A DNA stretch of 64,000 nt from Nageia nagi. Taxonomy: Eukaryota > Plantae > Pinophyta. The notes below the pieces were generated by a model. The model saw nothing but the letters and a program-made list of their open reading frames with translations, had not been told where the DNA came from and searched no databases. Position numbers and translations under genes: made by a program. Of the stretch, positions 52,301 to 64,000 are shown one piece after another. The stretch lies in contig JBITNC010000002.1 in assembly GCA_050084985.1 (NCBI GenBank), positions 4,154,001 through 4,218,000 of the forward strand, written 5' to 3'. Positions within the stretch are counted from its first letter, which is position 1; each line of letters opens with the position of its first letter.

Positions 52301-54488
52301 CATATTCATCTTTTGGGTTTACCCATATATTAACCTACAAAATTGCAGTTTCCTTTTATTTCTTTTATTCCATCTAATTAGTTCAGAATCCAGATCTAAA
52401 AAATAGTGTTTTTCATATGCATTTAGTTCAACAATTTTGCATCCTTGTTTAATATTTGAAAAGGGTGATGTAATTCTGTGTGAGAGTGACCTATTCTAAG
52501 CAGATCCTAACTCACTCTGAAGCTTTTTCATCACCTTCGATTTTATTTTTCAATTTTAAAAAACTGAAAAGAGTATCATGAGATATTGGGTTTGCTTTCA
52601 TCCTTGTAAAAACTAAATAAAAGAAAAGCAGATTTTGTTTTTGTGCTGTCTTTTGCAAGTAAGAAGCAGAATAGCAAGTTTTTTCATTGGAACATAGAAA
52701 AATAAATGATTTTGCTTCATGCTTACATACAAATGCACAAACTGTCACACTAGTGGTTTATGCCTAATGTATTATAATATATACTGTTCATGCGATTTCT
52801 CAGGCATTTCATGGATTTGTAACTTGCTAATGTGAGCTTCACTGGAACAAAAGACTATTTTCACATTTTTCTAGATAATGGTGAATGGTCTTCCATTCTT
52901 CTCAGTAATTAGAATTTAGAACCATTCTTTGGCATAAAGCTGTATTTAGCTTGTACAGAGATCAGCATACCTCTTCTTGCCCTTCCGCTTTAAGGGGGGT
53001 TATAGCCTTTGTATGACTTCTGTGTTTTACAACGAGTCATGAACTCAACTTTTTGTCTATACAGAGCAACACTATACATTACCCTAGTTCCTAGGATATT
53101 TTAAGAGCTGTTAGGCTATTCGTACTGTGTGTTGATATTCTTTATATACCCTACTAAGTGATTTTAGTTTTTACAGTTTTTTCCCTCCTATTTTTGCAGA
53201 TGATTATGACCGATCTATTACTGAGGCAATAGAAATAACAACGTAAGTAAATTTAGTTTTTCAACACTTTAAATTTTTGTAACTCAGCTTGTTATTGAGC
53301 TGTACAGTCATATTTTGATTCTGATGTTTTAATAAGCTTATATTCATATTCAATTGTTATGTCAATTCACTAATACAATTAAATATATTCAGAAAGAAGC
53401 AGCCATCACCAGAGCCTGTGATTAGGAGTTTTGCAGCAAAATCTGAGAATCTAATAGCAAATGGTAAAGCAAAGCGGAAAAATAATGGTATTCGGGAATA
53501 TTCTGATGCAATTTCTTCAGATTCGCGGAGTAAAAGTGAAGAATCTGATGCAGAGCATTCACCTGTTGCTTTGACTCGCAGGTGAGTTGATTTCTGTATA
53601 AGAAAAATAATGAAATACTTAAGTTGGTTTGATTTGTAGGTAACAATACTGAATCATCCACGATGAAATGAAGGAATCCTCTTTTGTGCATGCAAAACCA
53701 AACATTAAATGTTCATTTAATGTTGCTTGTTTTGGACTATGATTTGTAGTGATAGACAAAGACGAAGGCCTCAGAGGTATTCAGAGAAAGAGTTTGTGGA
53801 AGCTGTTTCAGATAACGAAGCAGACTTTGACAGTGATGAAGAGATAGTTGGGGAGGCAATATATGATGATGAATATCTAAGAAGTCGAAGACGTAAAAAG
53901 CGATATAGTAGCTCGGAGGGAGATGAAGAGTATATAGGGGATGAGGATAGTATTGAGGAGGAAGAGGATGGTGGTGATGCTTTAAGTGCTAGTGAGGACA
54001 TTGATGACGGTGATAACCAAAGATTGAGGCAAAGGCTTTCAAATGGAAAAAAAAGGAAGGGACGTAAGTTGAAGTCTGTTGAAGAGCTGCAATCTGGTTT
54101 GCGCCGCAGCAAGAGAGTCCATCATTCTGTTAATTACAGCCAATATGAGATATCAAACTCTGATGAAGAATATGCGGAGGATTTCGAGAATCTGCCTAGA
54201 TCAAGTAGCGAGATAGACGATTCAAAAAGACAATCAGATGCAAGTAGCAGTGCTGATTATGACATGGAAAGTGAAGACGATAATGCTTTCGATACCAAGG
54301 ATAATAAACAGGTTAGGCAATCTGTCCACAAAGGAGATGTCTCCTTTGACAAAGGATCTCTACAAGAAACAATCTGTTCTATTAAGGAGGTTATGAGGGA
54401 ACCACCTGGTGATGTAAAGAAACGACGTTTCATTGACCTGAATGAGTTAGCTCCTGTTGCAGCAGGTGATGATGGACCACAATCTTAA
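22124..54488 (+). CDS. DDR4: DDT domain-containing protein, DDR4-like (ISWI-associated chromatin protein); 12 coding exons, 672 aa
   Basis: Manual splice join(22124..22369,25367..25477,41130..41216,41313..41350,41437..41518,41685..41791,41937..42096,47369..47461,47740..47863,53200..53242,53393..53581,53750..54488) = 2019 nt, open. All introns are GT..AG and there is an in-frame TAA just upstream of the ATG. Motifs: LRSMWELASVLHF (DDT), RVLILKALCEVR (WHIM1-like), GGDAHGTSFWYEGDSILGHRLYRE, WETVATNFDEF, RSLRNRKPVTY, acidic tail, RFIDLNELAP. Confidence 0.9.
22480..25020. repeat. Diverged tandem array filling DDR4 intron 1 (~125-bp unit, about 19 copies)
   Basis: Recurrent ordered motifs TTGCAGGGTTA / ATGAAGTCTT / TTTCCTTTAGTTTCAT / TCAATTGCC / CTGGTCA..AGTTCGAGTC; close 133-bp pair at 24515 and 24648. 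Confidence 0.75.
25367..25477 (+). CDS. DDR4: DDR4-like exon 2
   Basis: ctgcag|VFRPVLNINVEFTAEDLENALITPNSLLDDIHIPLLK|gtgtg. Confidence 0.92.
26625..26929. mobile_element. hAT-type MITE, 305 bp
   Basis: TIRs CTAAGTTGCAGGAAAC / GTTTCATGCAACTTAA; perfect 8-bp TSD TTTTTAGG; GGAAAC subterminal repeats. Confidence 0.9.
27342..28028. mobile_element. hAT-type non-autonomous element, 687 bp
   Basis: TIRs CTAAGTTAC / GTAACTTAG; TSD 6/8 match (TTTTTTCC / ATTTTTCT); GGATAC and GAATC subterminal repeats. Confidence 0.8.
29474..36550 (-). mobile_element. Element F: young full-length Ty3/Gypsy (CRM-clade-like) in intron 2, antisense to DDR4
   Basis: TSD AAAAC; 5' LTR 35485..36550, 3' LTR 29474..30876; PBS TGGTATCAGAGC (35469-80, minus); PPT TGGGGAGGAA. 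Confidence 0.95.
30917..35439 (-). pseudogene. gag-pol polyprotein of F (gag, CCHC, PR, RT, RNase H, IN, chromodomain-like tail), disrupted
   Basis: CTHCQKEGHLEAKC; FDSGSQ; YLDD; ETDASD; HHCC and SMDFVGG; GPF. Lesions: stop at 33856, frameshifting deletion near 33585, frameshift near 32575, stop at 31013. Confidence 0.92.
36590..37584 (+). mobile_element. Ty1/Copia remnant: RNase H, PPT and 3' LTR
   Basis: KLIGFSDSDWG, IFCDNMS, SKHFDLKNHFIRD, DQLVDVY; PPT AAGGGGGAGAA then TGTTGG at 37062; LTR end approximate. Confidence 0.85.
38250..39960 (-). mobile_element. Degenerate non-L1 LINE (RTEX-like), RT and C-terminus
   Basis: VKQGFLLSP, LLFVDDI, YTYLGILF, VTPTILYGVEVWG, SH*LRVET, EFEDHFIFQC. Confidence 0.75.
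41130..41216 (+). CDS. DDR4: DDR4-like exon 3
   Basis: ttgcag|AIPPIIRSALGRDTWVTVLCKKLKEWWFW|gtagg. Confidence 0.92.
41313..41350 (+). CDS. DDR4: DDR4-like exon 4
   Basis: atatag|VAEGELPIIISH(G)|gtgag, 38 nt. Confidence 0.9.
41437..41518 (+). CDS. DDR4: DDR4-like exon 5
   Basis: ttgcag|EEIVAYKELDPGDRVLILKALCEVRVQ|gtata. Confidence 0.9.
41685..41791 (+). CDS. DDR4: DDR4-like exon 6
   Basis: gatag|QQDILRFIDDSLKHGIMLSTFRKERMGGDAHGTSF(W)|gtaaa. Confidence 0.9.
41937..42096 (+). CDS. DDR4: DDR4-like exon 7
   Basis: cctaag|YEGDSILGHRLYREIRK...QWETVATNFDEFQAVA|gtaag. Confidence 0.88.
42680..43200 (+). mobile_element. Second RTEX-like LINE 3' fragment (intron 7)
   Basis: LFSSLVTAIILYGCEIWG ... 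LLVEFGL ... HRLPVIAQ. Confidence 0.65.
43218..43907. mobile_element. hAT-type non-autonomous element, 690 bp
   Basis: TIRs CAGGATTCCAC / GTGGAATCCTG; GGGAA subterminal repeats; T-rich imperfect TSD. Confidence 0.75.
45281..46120 (+). mobile_element. Possible solo LTR
   Basis: TGTTGG start, TATA-like motifs, internal degenerate repeats; TSD not resolved. Confidence 0.4.
47369..47461 (+). CDS. DDR4: DDR4-like exon 8
   Basis: gtgcag|EKLVSSRNKMEAGIGKKLKNDILLELETIHK|gtgac. Confidence 0.9.
47740..47863 (+). CDS. DDR4: DDR4-like exon 9
   Basis: tcacag|RKERALKKRQRQALHLDNFLGAQGPSPGRSLRNRKPVTYTF|gtatg. Confidence 0.9.
48448..50115 (-). mobile_element. Solo LTR, 1668 bp, in intron 9
   Basis: TG..CA ends flanked by TATAT on both sides (48443-47 / 50116-20); no PBS or coding region; orientation inferred from TATAAAAGGG on the minus strand. 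Confidence 0.65.
53200..53242 (+). CDS. DDR4: DDR4-like exon 10
   Basis: ttgcag|(D)DYDRSITEAIEIT(T)|gtaag. Confidence 0.9.
53393..53581 (+). CDS. DDR4: DDR4-like exon 11
   Basis: attcag|KKQPSPEPVIR...PVALTR(S)|gtgag; phase fits both neighbours. Confidence 0.85.
53750..54488 (+). CDS. DDR4: DDR4-like exon 12 (terminal, acidic)
   Basis: ttgtag|DRQRRRPQRYSEKEFVEAVSDNEADFDSDEEIVGE...RFIDLNELAPVAAGDDGPQS*; corresponds to ORF 53727..54488. Confidence 0.92.
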
Positions 54489-56325
54489 GTCTAATTGTAC
54501 GAGCAATCAAGCGTTGGTAGATTCAAGGTGATCATTGACCTGCCTCGTATAAGAATTGCCAAGAGGTAATCTGTTTGGGACTGCAAATGGGATGTTATAG
54601 AAAACAATCTGCCTCATTGATACAAGGTTCCAGTCTCCTTTAGTTTAGTTCACATTTGATTTGTAGTCCTGACAGTGTCAAAGCTTAGATGTAGTCATGT
54701 ATCATAGTCCAGAAAGTCCAAAGATGGTAGAATCATTCATCAAATTTTTGTAGGGAGTAAGTGGGTATCATTCCACTTGTAATTTTACAATAACAGCAAT
54801 ATTTTGCAATGTTGCATGTCACCTAATTCAATACAGGATAAAGACTACTTCTGAATTCTTTAGACGAATGTTGTTGTAACTTGTATCAGCTTCATCCAAT
54901 TTAAATTAATCGCTCGCTATAGATTTCTCTGTAGTGACAAACACAGGTTCATCTTTTCCTTAACATTTTCCTGCTGCGAAGCCTAAAACAAGTCAGCGTC
55001 TAAATCAAATAGGGTAGTCACTATGAATTCTTATCCTGCAATAGGAGATTGAATCAAATAGACCAAGGAAGATATACGTGCATAAAACGTTATCAAAATA
55101 ATAATTTAATGGTATATCAGATTTGTGCTTGCAAGCTGTAGAATATCAGGTAATGCTTCTGTGAACAAGGGTAGTGGGTTCTCTATATTAATTATATTGT
55201 TGGTGAAAGGTTATGCACTGTATCACTCTCCACTGAGTTCTGAAAGATGCATTCTAAGATATATAGGTCTTTATTATCTTCATTGTAGTTAAATGTGAGC
55301 ATAGTTAAAATAAGTATCCTGAAAAAACCATCGACAGGTTGATTTTTAAATCACGATTTTTTGTGGAGACTAAAATGGGAGCTCTTTTGGCTCTTATCAT
55401 TCATATTATCGGCTTGCCTCTTAAAATAAACATTGTACATTGCCAACCTAGTTGGGAGTTCTTGATTACAATTTACATCCTTAAATTGGATTTGATCCAT
55501 ATGCTCTCATATTATTACTTAGATAAAGAAGATATACTTAGTGGAGATGTTAAAGTTTGCTTTATGTCTCAATGAAATTTGATTTTGGTCATCAACACAG
55601 ATATTTTCTGATTTTCATAATTGCCTGCTGTTTGAATTTTCTCCTACCTTATTTTTAATGGGAATTTTGTAAAAATTAATCAGCGTGGAATTCTATTTGA
55701 AAAGACCTAACCAAAGTTTTGCCGCTAAGAATCTGCAGTCAATGTTAAAATGGTGTAATTTGTTATCAACATATATTATTTCAATATTCTCTGTTCAAGG
55801 TAGCTGATAATAGTTGTTGAATTTTGTAATTTTTTATTCAATGTTAGATCAGTTGTAAGCTTTTTATTTCACAATGCCAGTGCTGTTTTCTGTTTCTGTA
55901 TGTATAATATATATGTTAGTTGAGGAAATCACTTATTATTTAATTACTAATCAGATTTATTTGATGGTAATTAATTCTTTGTAATTCTTTCTTTTGAGGA
56001 TTGATTTGGTAAAAATGTAAATAATGGGCTATTTTTGAAATTTTATATAAATATTATTATGAAGGTTACCTCAAGTAGTTTTCTATATAACATCTATGAA
56101 TTTATTTTAGACTTAAAATAGATTACATCTTAAATTCATTTCGATATTTTACCATAAATTTAAGCATACTTCTCTTTTGTTATTTTGGTAAGCTTTGAAG
56201 ATGGTTAGTAGAAAACTTTCACTATGCAACATGATTATGTGGTGATTTTCAGATAGTGGGATTTCTGTATAATAAGATTGGATGTATTCTTCAACATTGG
56301 TGAACAAAAGATGCATGTTTTTTTT

Positions 56326-56600
56326 TTCAAGCAAATACTCTTTGATCTTAATTCTTTACTTGCAAAACATCAATGCAAATTTGTTATTTGGCACATTCAG
56401 TCAAATTTTCAATGAGTAGCTAAGAGAGTACATAAGAAATTTGATAAAGCTATGTTTTTTTCTCAAACAAACCTTTGACCTTTTTGACATTATTTCTTCA
56501 CTTACAAAACATCAACACAAGTTTGTTGTTTGACATATTTAGTCAAATTTTCAATAGGGGGCTAAGAAAATACATAAGAAATTTGTTAGAGTTATGTGTT
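56326..56600. repeat. Diverged tandem duplication, period about 143 bp
   Basis: CAAAACATCAA..AGTCAAATTTTCAAT..TACATAAGAAATTTG occurs twice (56363, 56506). Confidence 0.75.
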
Positions 56601-58792
56601 CTAGCCAACTCTATTTTCATTTTAGTCCTCAATTTCTTTTTCTAATATATATATTGTTAGGTCATTTTTCATTTTGATCATACTCCCATTTAGTTTGAAA
56701 TTCTGTGGGAGCTTAATTCTCCACAACCTTTGAAGTGCTGCATACTCCTATAGTGATACATATTCAAGTAGTTTGGAACTTAGCTCTTCGGCTTGTTGGA
56801 GAGGAAGGATTTTTCTGGTATGACTTGAAAGCATGTTAAGCTCTCTCAAGAACTTTCAAAAAACTCTTTCAATGGAACTATCTCATAGGAATCCACTTTT
56901 ATTAGGAATGAGCTTCAAATTGTTGAACGTTATGAAGTTTGAGAAGCTCAAGTTTAAATTCAATTACATTGGTTGAAGATAAAGCTCTATTAGTGGATAA
57001 TATTTGATTCACATAACAATATGTTATTTTGTCAAATTTTTTTGGTCATTGTGAGTAAGTTTTTATTAAAATGATCCATTCATTGAAGATTGTCAAGTTT
57101 TTATTAGATATGTTCATGGTAGTAGACTTAAACAAAGTTTTAGGGTTCTTTGTCAACTTAAGTACCTTATAAAATTGAATCAAATGATTTTAGATCAATT
57201 TTTTGTTGGGTAGGATTCCATCTTTCCAATACTCTTTTGAGTGTGCTTTCAAGATCTATTGTGGAATTGTTAATAGATTGATTTTATCTTCCACTAGCCA
57301 CCTTGGCAATTTGAAACCTTCATATAATGAACTTTATTACATGGGTAGGTGAATAAAATTTAAGTTCAATTTTTTTATGGGTAAAAAATCTTCGAAATAG
57401 GAAATAGAAATATAAAAGAATACTATTTTTCCTTTTCTTCTCAATAGGGTTGTCAATTAATATTAACTAATTCTTTTTATTAGGAGAGATTGAGATGGCC
57501 ACAATCAAATCTCTTATCATCAAATAAGGATTGGTTTTAGTTTATAATTAAGTAAATTGACTTGAATACTTACGAAATTGTAATCAACTAATTTTTTTCC
57601 AAACATTGCATATTAAAAGCTTATATAGTTTATTAGTTATGAGCATTCAATTCACACAACAAAACATAAGAAATCAATTGTTATGAAAATCCTATATTGT
57701 AACATTTATACGAGATTAAAAATTGAATCATTTATCACAATCTTTGTAATGTGATTAAATGTAAAAAAACTTGTAATGCTTAATCTATTTCTAACATTGA
57801 TCAAGGAAAACAAACTTGTAATGCTTAATCTCTTTTATAATATTGATCAAGGAAAACTAAAAAATAGACACAAGTTTACAATCCTTATAGTAAATATGAT
57901 AGATGATGATATTCTAGTAGCTTTATTTATCTTCACAAAATATTGGTTACAACTTATATTGTACTTCTTTAAAATTTTGTTTCCCCTTTTTAGAAAGAAT
58001 AGTTTCTTATCTATAAAAAAGTTTTAATCTCGTGGCAATTATATTTCGTGAAGTCTAGTGTAATTATATTTTTATAATGGATATTCATCTTCCTTGAATT
58101 AGATGAATGCAAGAAATGATTGACCCACATGATTTTGATGTCATTATTTTTTTTGCTTTGAAACATTTGACTTTCATATCACCTTTTTATACCCCAAATT
58201 TAGATTGCATGTGTTATGTATGGTTCTATCTAGGAAACCTTAGGCTTAACTTTAGATTTTGTTTGGATTTTTATAGTCGTATCTATAAAATTTGATAGAA
58301 ACACATTTATCTCACTTCCTCCCTTAATCTTGCAAGCTTATGTTTACAAAAAGCTTTTGGAAACTAAAAGCTTTCTTTGAGAAAATCTGCAACTTATTTT
58401 TCAGTTAAACTTGTAATCACTTGTTTTGCATTCTTTGCTTTTCTTATCATGTAATAACAAGCTTGAGATATTAGCAAAATGGTGAAATAAATTCAAATTT
58501 AAATTGTTATATTCTATGCATTGTAAAATTTATTTGTGAAAGAAAGTCTGTTTTTTAGATAGTTATCGCATTGAATGGGACATGCTTAGATTGAACATTT
58601 CATAGCATGTAATAGGTATGATATATTAGAAATAAACGAGAGAGATATTTGCATTATTGAGAAAGAGGGTTTAAATACATGAGATGGAGGCATTCCTGTA
58701 CAATAACGTTTTAGCCTAGAAACCCTAATATTAAATAGAGATAATATATTTACCTTACATTATTTAGATACCTAAATACTAATGTATTATTC

Positions 58793-59850
58793 ACATTAGG
58801 TCTTAAGAGGACATGAGAGGAAGCTTAGAAAGTATTCAAACTTTTCAGTGTCAAGATATTTAGTGAAGACATCTGCAATTTACTTCTTCGTGGAAATGTA
58901 GTGGAGCTGGATGTTGTGTTGTGAAACATGATCCCAAATGAAGTGCACTTGTATCTCAATGTATTTGGTGCGCTCATGAAAATAAGGATTTCGAACTAGT
59001 TTCAATACACCTTGATTGTCGCAATACATAATAATAGGTTCCTTCTATGGAATTCCAATGTCTCTCAAAATGCAACATAACCATACTGCAATCACATACA
59101 TCATCTCTTACAGCATGTGATTTTGACTCTTTGGTAGATTTGAATATGATGCTTTGTTTCTTTCTAGCCTATAAATTTGGTCCATATCCAATGAAGAACA
59201 ATATAATATCGTTGATCTTCTATCATCCAAGGATCCTCCATAATTTGCATCCATGTATCCAAACAAGATGAACTTATCATTCCTTTTGTCTCTAGGTGAT
59301 AACTATCAATGCCATAAATGTACCTCAAAACATGCTTTACTGTGGTCCAGTGGGGCTTCTTTGGTTCATGGATGAATCGTGAAAGATAGCTGATGACATA
59401 GCAAATATCTGGCCTAGTGTATGTTAGGTAAATTAACCCTCCAATTAGCTAACAATAGACAATTGCATTTACCGGTGAACAATCATGGCGTGACAAATGT
59501 AAACCAAGTTCAATTGGCGTGTTCATTGGTTCACACTTTGTCATGTAAACCAAGGTTGATCATGTCGAATGATCATTTGAGGTCATCTTTGCAAGATATG
59601 ATAAACTCCTCAGTGTTGCTTGTGATAACCAAATCATTGACATAAACTCCAACTATGACAATCTCCCCCCCATGTTGTCAAAGGTAGAGGTTAGGATCAT
59701 ACAAACTCCTATTGAAGTCATGTTGTAGTAGGTGAGAATCAATTTGCATGCACTAAAGCCTATTTCAAACTATATAGAGACTTGATCAATCTACATACTT
59801 TTCTTTTTCCTGGATCAATCACAAATCCTTGGTGTACTATTTACATTTGA
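58793..59850 (-). mobile_element. Degenerate Ty1/Copia RT-RNase H fragment
   Basis: YCDNQGVLKLVRNPYFHERTKYIEIQVHFIWDHV, IADVFTK, TRPDICYVIS, GVYVNDLVIT. Confidence 0.85.
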
Positions 59851-60786
59851 ATTAGAAACTCAGTTATGCTTCTTTAAAAAAATGAAGTATAGATATACTT
59901 ATTGAATATTGTATTCTCATTAAAATATGCCTAATTATTGAAGATAATTAATGCTTTTGCAAGATAAGTATATTAGCACATTATATGCAATAAGCTAATC
60001 AAAATATAAATTTTATATTATTGTACGAAAATTTTAATAATTAATTTACATTCAATTAAATCATTTTTGTATATCATCATCAATTTACAAATTTTCATGA
60101 TTTTTAAAAATATATAACTATCATTTTACAAATTTTTGTATTTGTTAAAAATATATAGTTGATAAAACTATTAATGTTTTTTCGAATATAGTCAATTTGT
60201 TATATCGCAAGTTTTCATATAGCCACAATTTTATATAATATTTTATCAGACGATCTCTTAAATTTTAACTTGCTTTATTTTTCATGGTAGTATATCATTA
60301 CCTAAAACTTATTATGAAAAAGTTCCACAAAAATGATTCCCAACCTATTCTCCCTTTGAAGTTAATGGGGACTATAAGAACAACTTGATTATTTAGTGTA
60401 AGTGAAGAAAGAGCTAAATCCACCTAATTTGTAGTCACAATCTCCCAATAACTTGAAATAAAATTTGTTGTTAAATTACATGTGCAGTTAAATTACTATG
60501 TAAGTTGGAGAGAGAGTTACAAGCATGAACCTTAACCTTCTAGCTATGTTAATTATAGTACAATGGAGATCTCAAGTTTTAAAACATTAGAGGCCAATGG
60601 TGGCATGGGTTGACTAGGGTTAGGATTTAAACCAATATTTAATTAACATTTTTGAAGAATAGATATCAAAATATTTGTAGTGGCAATCCTACTTGTATCA
60701 TTATGCATTGGTTAAATTGATTTAGGCTTAAACTTATTAGCAAGGAGAAGACAACCATGTATCATATATTTTAAGGATCAATAATA

Positions 60787-61310
60787 CACTATTGTTAAAA
60801 TATTTAACAATATTTTTTCAACCATCGTATATTTATGTTTCATTAAAAATTGGCATTTTATGACAACGATTTCCAACCATCATAAAATAACGCCTTAGTT
60901 TATACCTAAGGCAATGGTAATTAACCATTGTCTTAGGATATTTTAGGGTGGTTATTAACCACCATATTAGGACATTATAGGGTTCTTAAAAACTATGAAA
61001 AAATAACCTAAGGTGAAAGTTTTAAGCATCAACTCAATGTCCTTTTAGGATGGTATGTAACCACCCTAAAATAACCTAATATGATGGTTTATGGCCATCC
61101 TCAAATATCCTAAGACTAAAATTGATAATCATTGTCTTCTTATATATATATATTCATTCTTAAAAACTACCACAAAATAACCTAAGATGAAAGTTTGAAG
61201 CATTAAATCAATGTCTTATAGGATGGTATGTAATCGCATCAAAAAAACCTAATATGATGGTTTATGATCATCCTCAAATTTCCTAAGACTACATTTAATA
61301 ATCATATATA
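60787..61310 (+). mobile_element. CACTA transposon terminus with subterminal repeats
   Basis: CACTA at 60787, followed by many direct and inverted AACCAT(C/T)GT / GATGGTT motifs; ~175-bp duplication ending in (TA)n. Confidence 0.65.
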
Positions 61311-61321
61311 TATATATATAT

Positions 61322-61830
61322 ATGGTAGACATGTATGCTAAGTTTTAGAACATAAAAAAGACATTATTTCATACAATGCAGTAGAGAGATACCATCTCAT
61401 GAACTACAATGACTACAAGTTATTCATATATTGAGTTTTTTAAGGAAGTTGAAAATCTTTTTAGTAAATTACAAAAAAAAAATGCAATCTCATGGAATGC
61501 AACAATCATAAGATACGTATAGAATGGGCATGGTTTAGAGGCTCTCAAGTATTTTCAGAAAATGCAATTGACTGGTTTCACACCATATTCAATAGCTATT
61601 GCAAGTATGTAATGCAACTTCATTGTTTATATATGATATATAACAATAACTATTGTTGCGAGTATGTGGCAACTGCCACACTACAACAAAGTTTCTATCC
61701 AAAATAGTTGCACAAGTATGTGAAATGAATCTTTTTCTAGCAAATGATTTATTCAAGTGAAGTCTTTAACTGCCATGATTATATAGTTGTATTATAGGCA
61801 AGAAAGGATAGAAGCATAATCACTTTGGGA
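61322..61830 (+). pseudogene. PLS-class PPR gene fragment
   Basis: MVDMYAKF*NI; FSKLQKKNAISWNATIIRYV*NGHGLEALKYFQKMQLTG; SLTAMI; stops and frameshifts. Confidence 0.75.
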
Positions 61831-64000
61831 ATTCATACCAACCTATTGATAGATTGCAAAAACTTTCAAATCTTGAGGGCTGCATTTGAGCTTGGAGTTT
61901 TGCTATGACATAATCCAAATAATTGTTAATGTTAAATTACTCAAGCTATTGATGTAGAATTTCATTAAAAATATATTAACCTTGCAAGCTTAGGCCCTTT
62001 TTTATCAAGGTTGTTGAAGAAAATCTAAAGGAATTCTAGAAATAAATTTTGCCTTCATTTCTTTTATCTTTTATCTATTGAACTTGCAAGTAATAAGAAA
62101 CACCCTAAGTCACATAAGTTCGTTTGCTTGATTTTGAAGAAATCCTTGGATGCAAAAGAAGTTATTAGAAAGGAAGAGTTTTTCAAGCAATGGATTTCTT
62201 TTCATTAAGTAGTAATGACAAAAATAAAGAATGCTCTTTTACAAACACTCTCATCTATTGTGTAAGAGGCTAGGAACACCTAATCATACGAGCTCTTGAA
62301 ACCTCCCCATATTTGAAAAGTGTTGATAACCCTCTTTCGTTGAGATGTTTGAAATATTTATTTTTGCTCGCATATTATTGGGATGAAATGCTTCATATGA
62401 ACCATGTAAAGGAGGTTGGTGGACTTGATTTAATGCTTGCAATTTTGTGAATGTTCGATAACCATTTAAAATATTTAAAAGTTCCTTTATATTTTATTTC
62501 TATCATTGGGTGGTTATTTCAAAACTATGCATGGTATCATCAAGTACGTTGTGCTACAACAACATACTTTAAAATATATAAACACTCCAATCTCACAAAA
62601 CCACTTTAAAATACATAAGCACTTAATCTACTATAATATAATATGATCATGTTTCCTTCTTCAAGGGGGACACATTCTAGAGAATAAGTTTTCTCCTTAA
62701 AACCTTATTTTATTCATTGGATGATTTACAATGGAGAAGACTCTTTTATAAATATCCCTCTTAAACCTTTCCTCTTCCATACCTAATACATTTGATATAA
62801 ATACTAATATAAATATTAATAAAATGTTATGGGTCACAACATTGCCACTCTCTTAAACAAGTTTTATAATATTCAAAGCTTGTATACACCATACATCATA
62901 ACATAATAACCTACTAATCTAATAAGGAGGATCATTACATTGCCAACACCTTTGACAAGTTTTATCCTGAAAGCTTGTCAAAATACAAAGTATAATCCAT
63001 CCATGAATAATATAGATAATAGGGAACTAAGAAATCTAACTTGACCATAATAACCTCCTACTAGTCCTCGATATTAACCTCCTCTCTAGATGCAAACTTG
63101 CTACTTGAAGACTCACTACCTAAGCCAACACCTAATGCACCACTTGAGGGTGCACCACCTGAGGCATGACCATGACGTGATGACTCACCACCTCACTCAC
63201 TACCTGAGCCAATATGATGACTAGGCGCTTCCCTGCTATGACATGTTGGCTCATTATCAAAGAAATCATCGAATCTCACATCTTGGGTAGATGACCAATC
63301 ACCCTCCTTCAATGCACCCTCTTACGATGCACCCCCCTACGATGCAGTACTCGCATGCAAATAATAAGAAAATAAATGTTATTATATGGAAAGTCACACT
63401 TACAAAAAGTATGCATCACCTACAAGAAATTCATATGTCTTTAGTAATTAAAATAATTGAAATTACTTACACTAGCATTCAGCTTATCCCTCAAGGTCCG
63501 GTAACCATATGTGATGTCATATTATCACTCATTGACATGAGAAAACTAATTGAAATCTCTCAACTACCAAAAAAATATATTAAAAACCATTTATCTATTC
63601 ATTTTCAAAAATGAAATATCATTGAAAATCACATGTAGTAAATATACTTACAAATCAAATATCTACATACTTTGCCCCTCCATTTCTTGCCCGATGCATA
63701 AAACTACGTCCCAGTTTGGCAAGTTTGTACTTCACTGCTTTTGCTTGCAACATCTCCAAGCCTTTGACTTTCCTTTTATCCACCTCAACTACGTTCTTTG
63801 GTAGCATCTTCCAAACCTTTTTATTAAATAATTAATTAGTATTATGTTAAAAAAATCAATTAATTAGGTTCAAATATTAAATATCAATGATAATATTCCA
63901 TACCTTCTTATGGATGTCAATTGGTTTTTGTACTTTGATCAGAGGAAAGTTTCATCACTTTTCATCTGACATGATCTCTAATCCTTTTTAGATTCAATCC

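Noticed and set aside
53771-54112. Ser-rich antisense ORF
   Set aside because: Mirror of the GAA/GAT-rich acidic DDR4 exon
62380-62960. KEVGGL L1-like motif and a possible LTR/PPT junction near 62840
   Set aside because: Too short and decayed to give boundaries or a family

Overview
AT-rich, TE-dense plant nuclear DNA, probably a gymnosperm (inferred from the long TE-filled introns, heavily C>T/G>A-decayed old LTR elements and CRM-clade Gypsy elements with a chromodomain-like tail). There is one intact host gene, a 12-exon DDT-domain protein of the DDR4 type (+, CDS 22124..54488, 2019 nt, 672 aa; all introns GT-AG and phase-consistent by manual splicing). Upstream lie a Copia 3' end, an LTR with a 113-bp fold-back, a decayed L1 LINE, and a TSD-resolved nest of LTR elements (7516..20300) four levels deep with a 269-bp TRIM innermost. 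Intron 1 is almost entirely a diverged ~125-bp tandem array. The other introns hold a near-intact Gypsy element, hAT MITEs, RTEX-like LINE pieces, Copia remnants and a solo LTR. Downstream lie Copia, CACTA and PPR-pseudogene remnants. No tRNA, rRNA or CRISPR feature is supported. Coordinates were read by eye; ends without a TSD are approximate.
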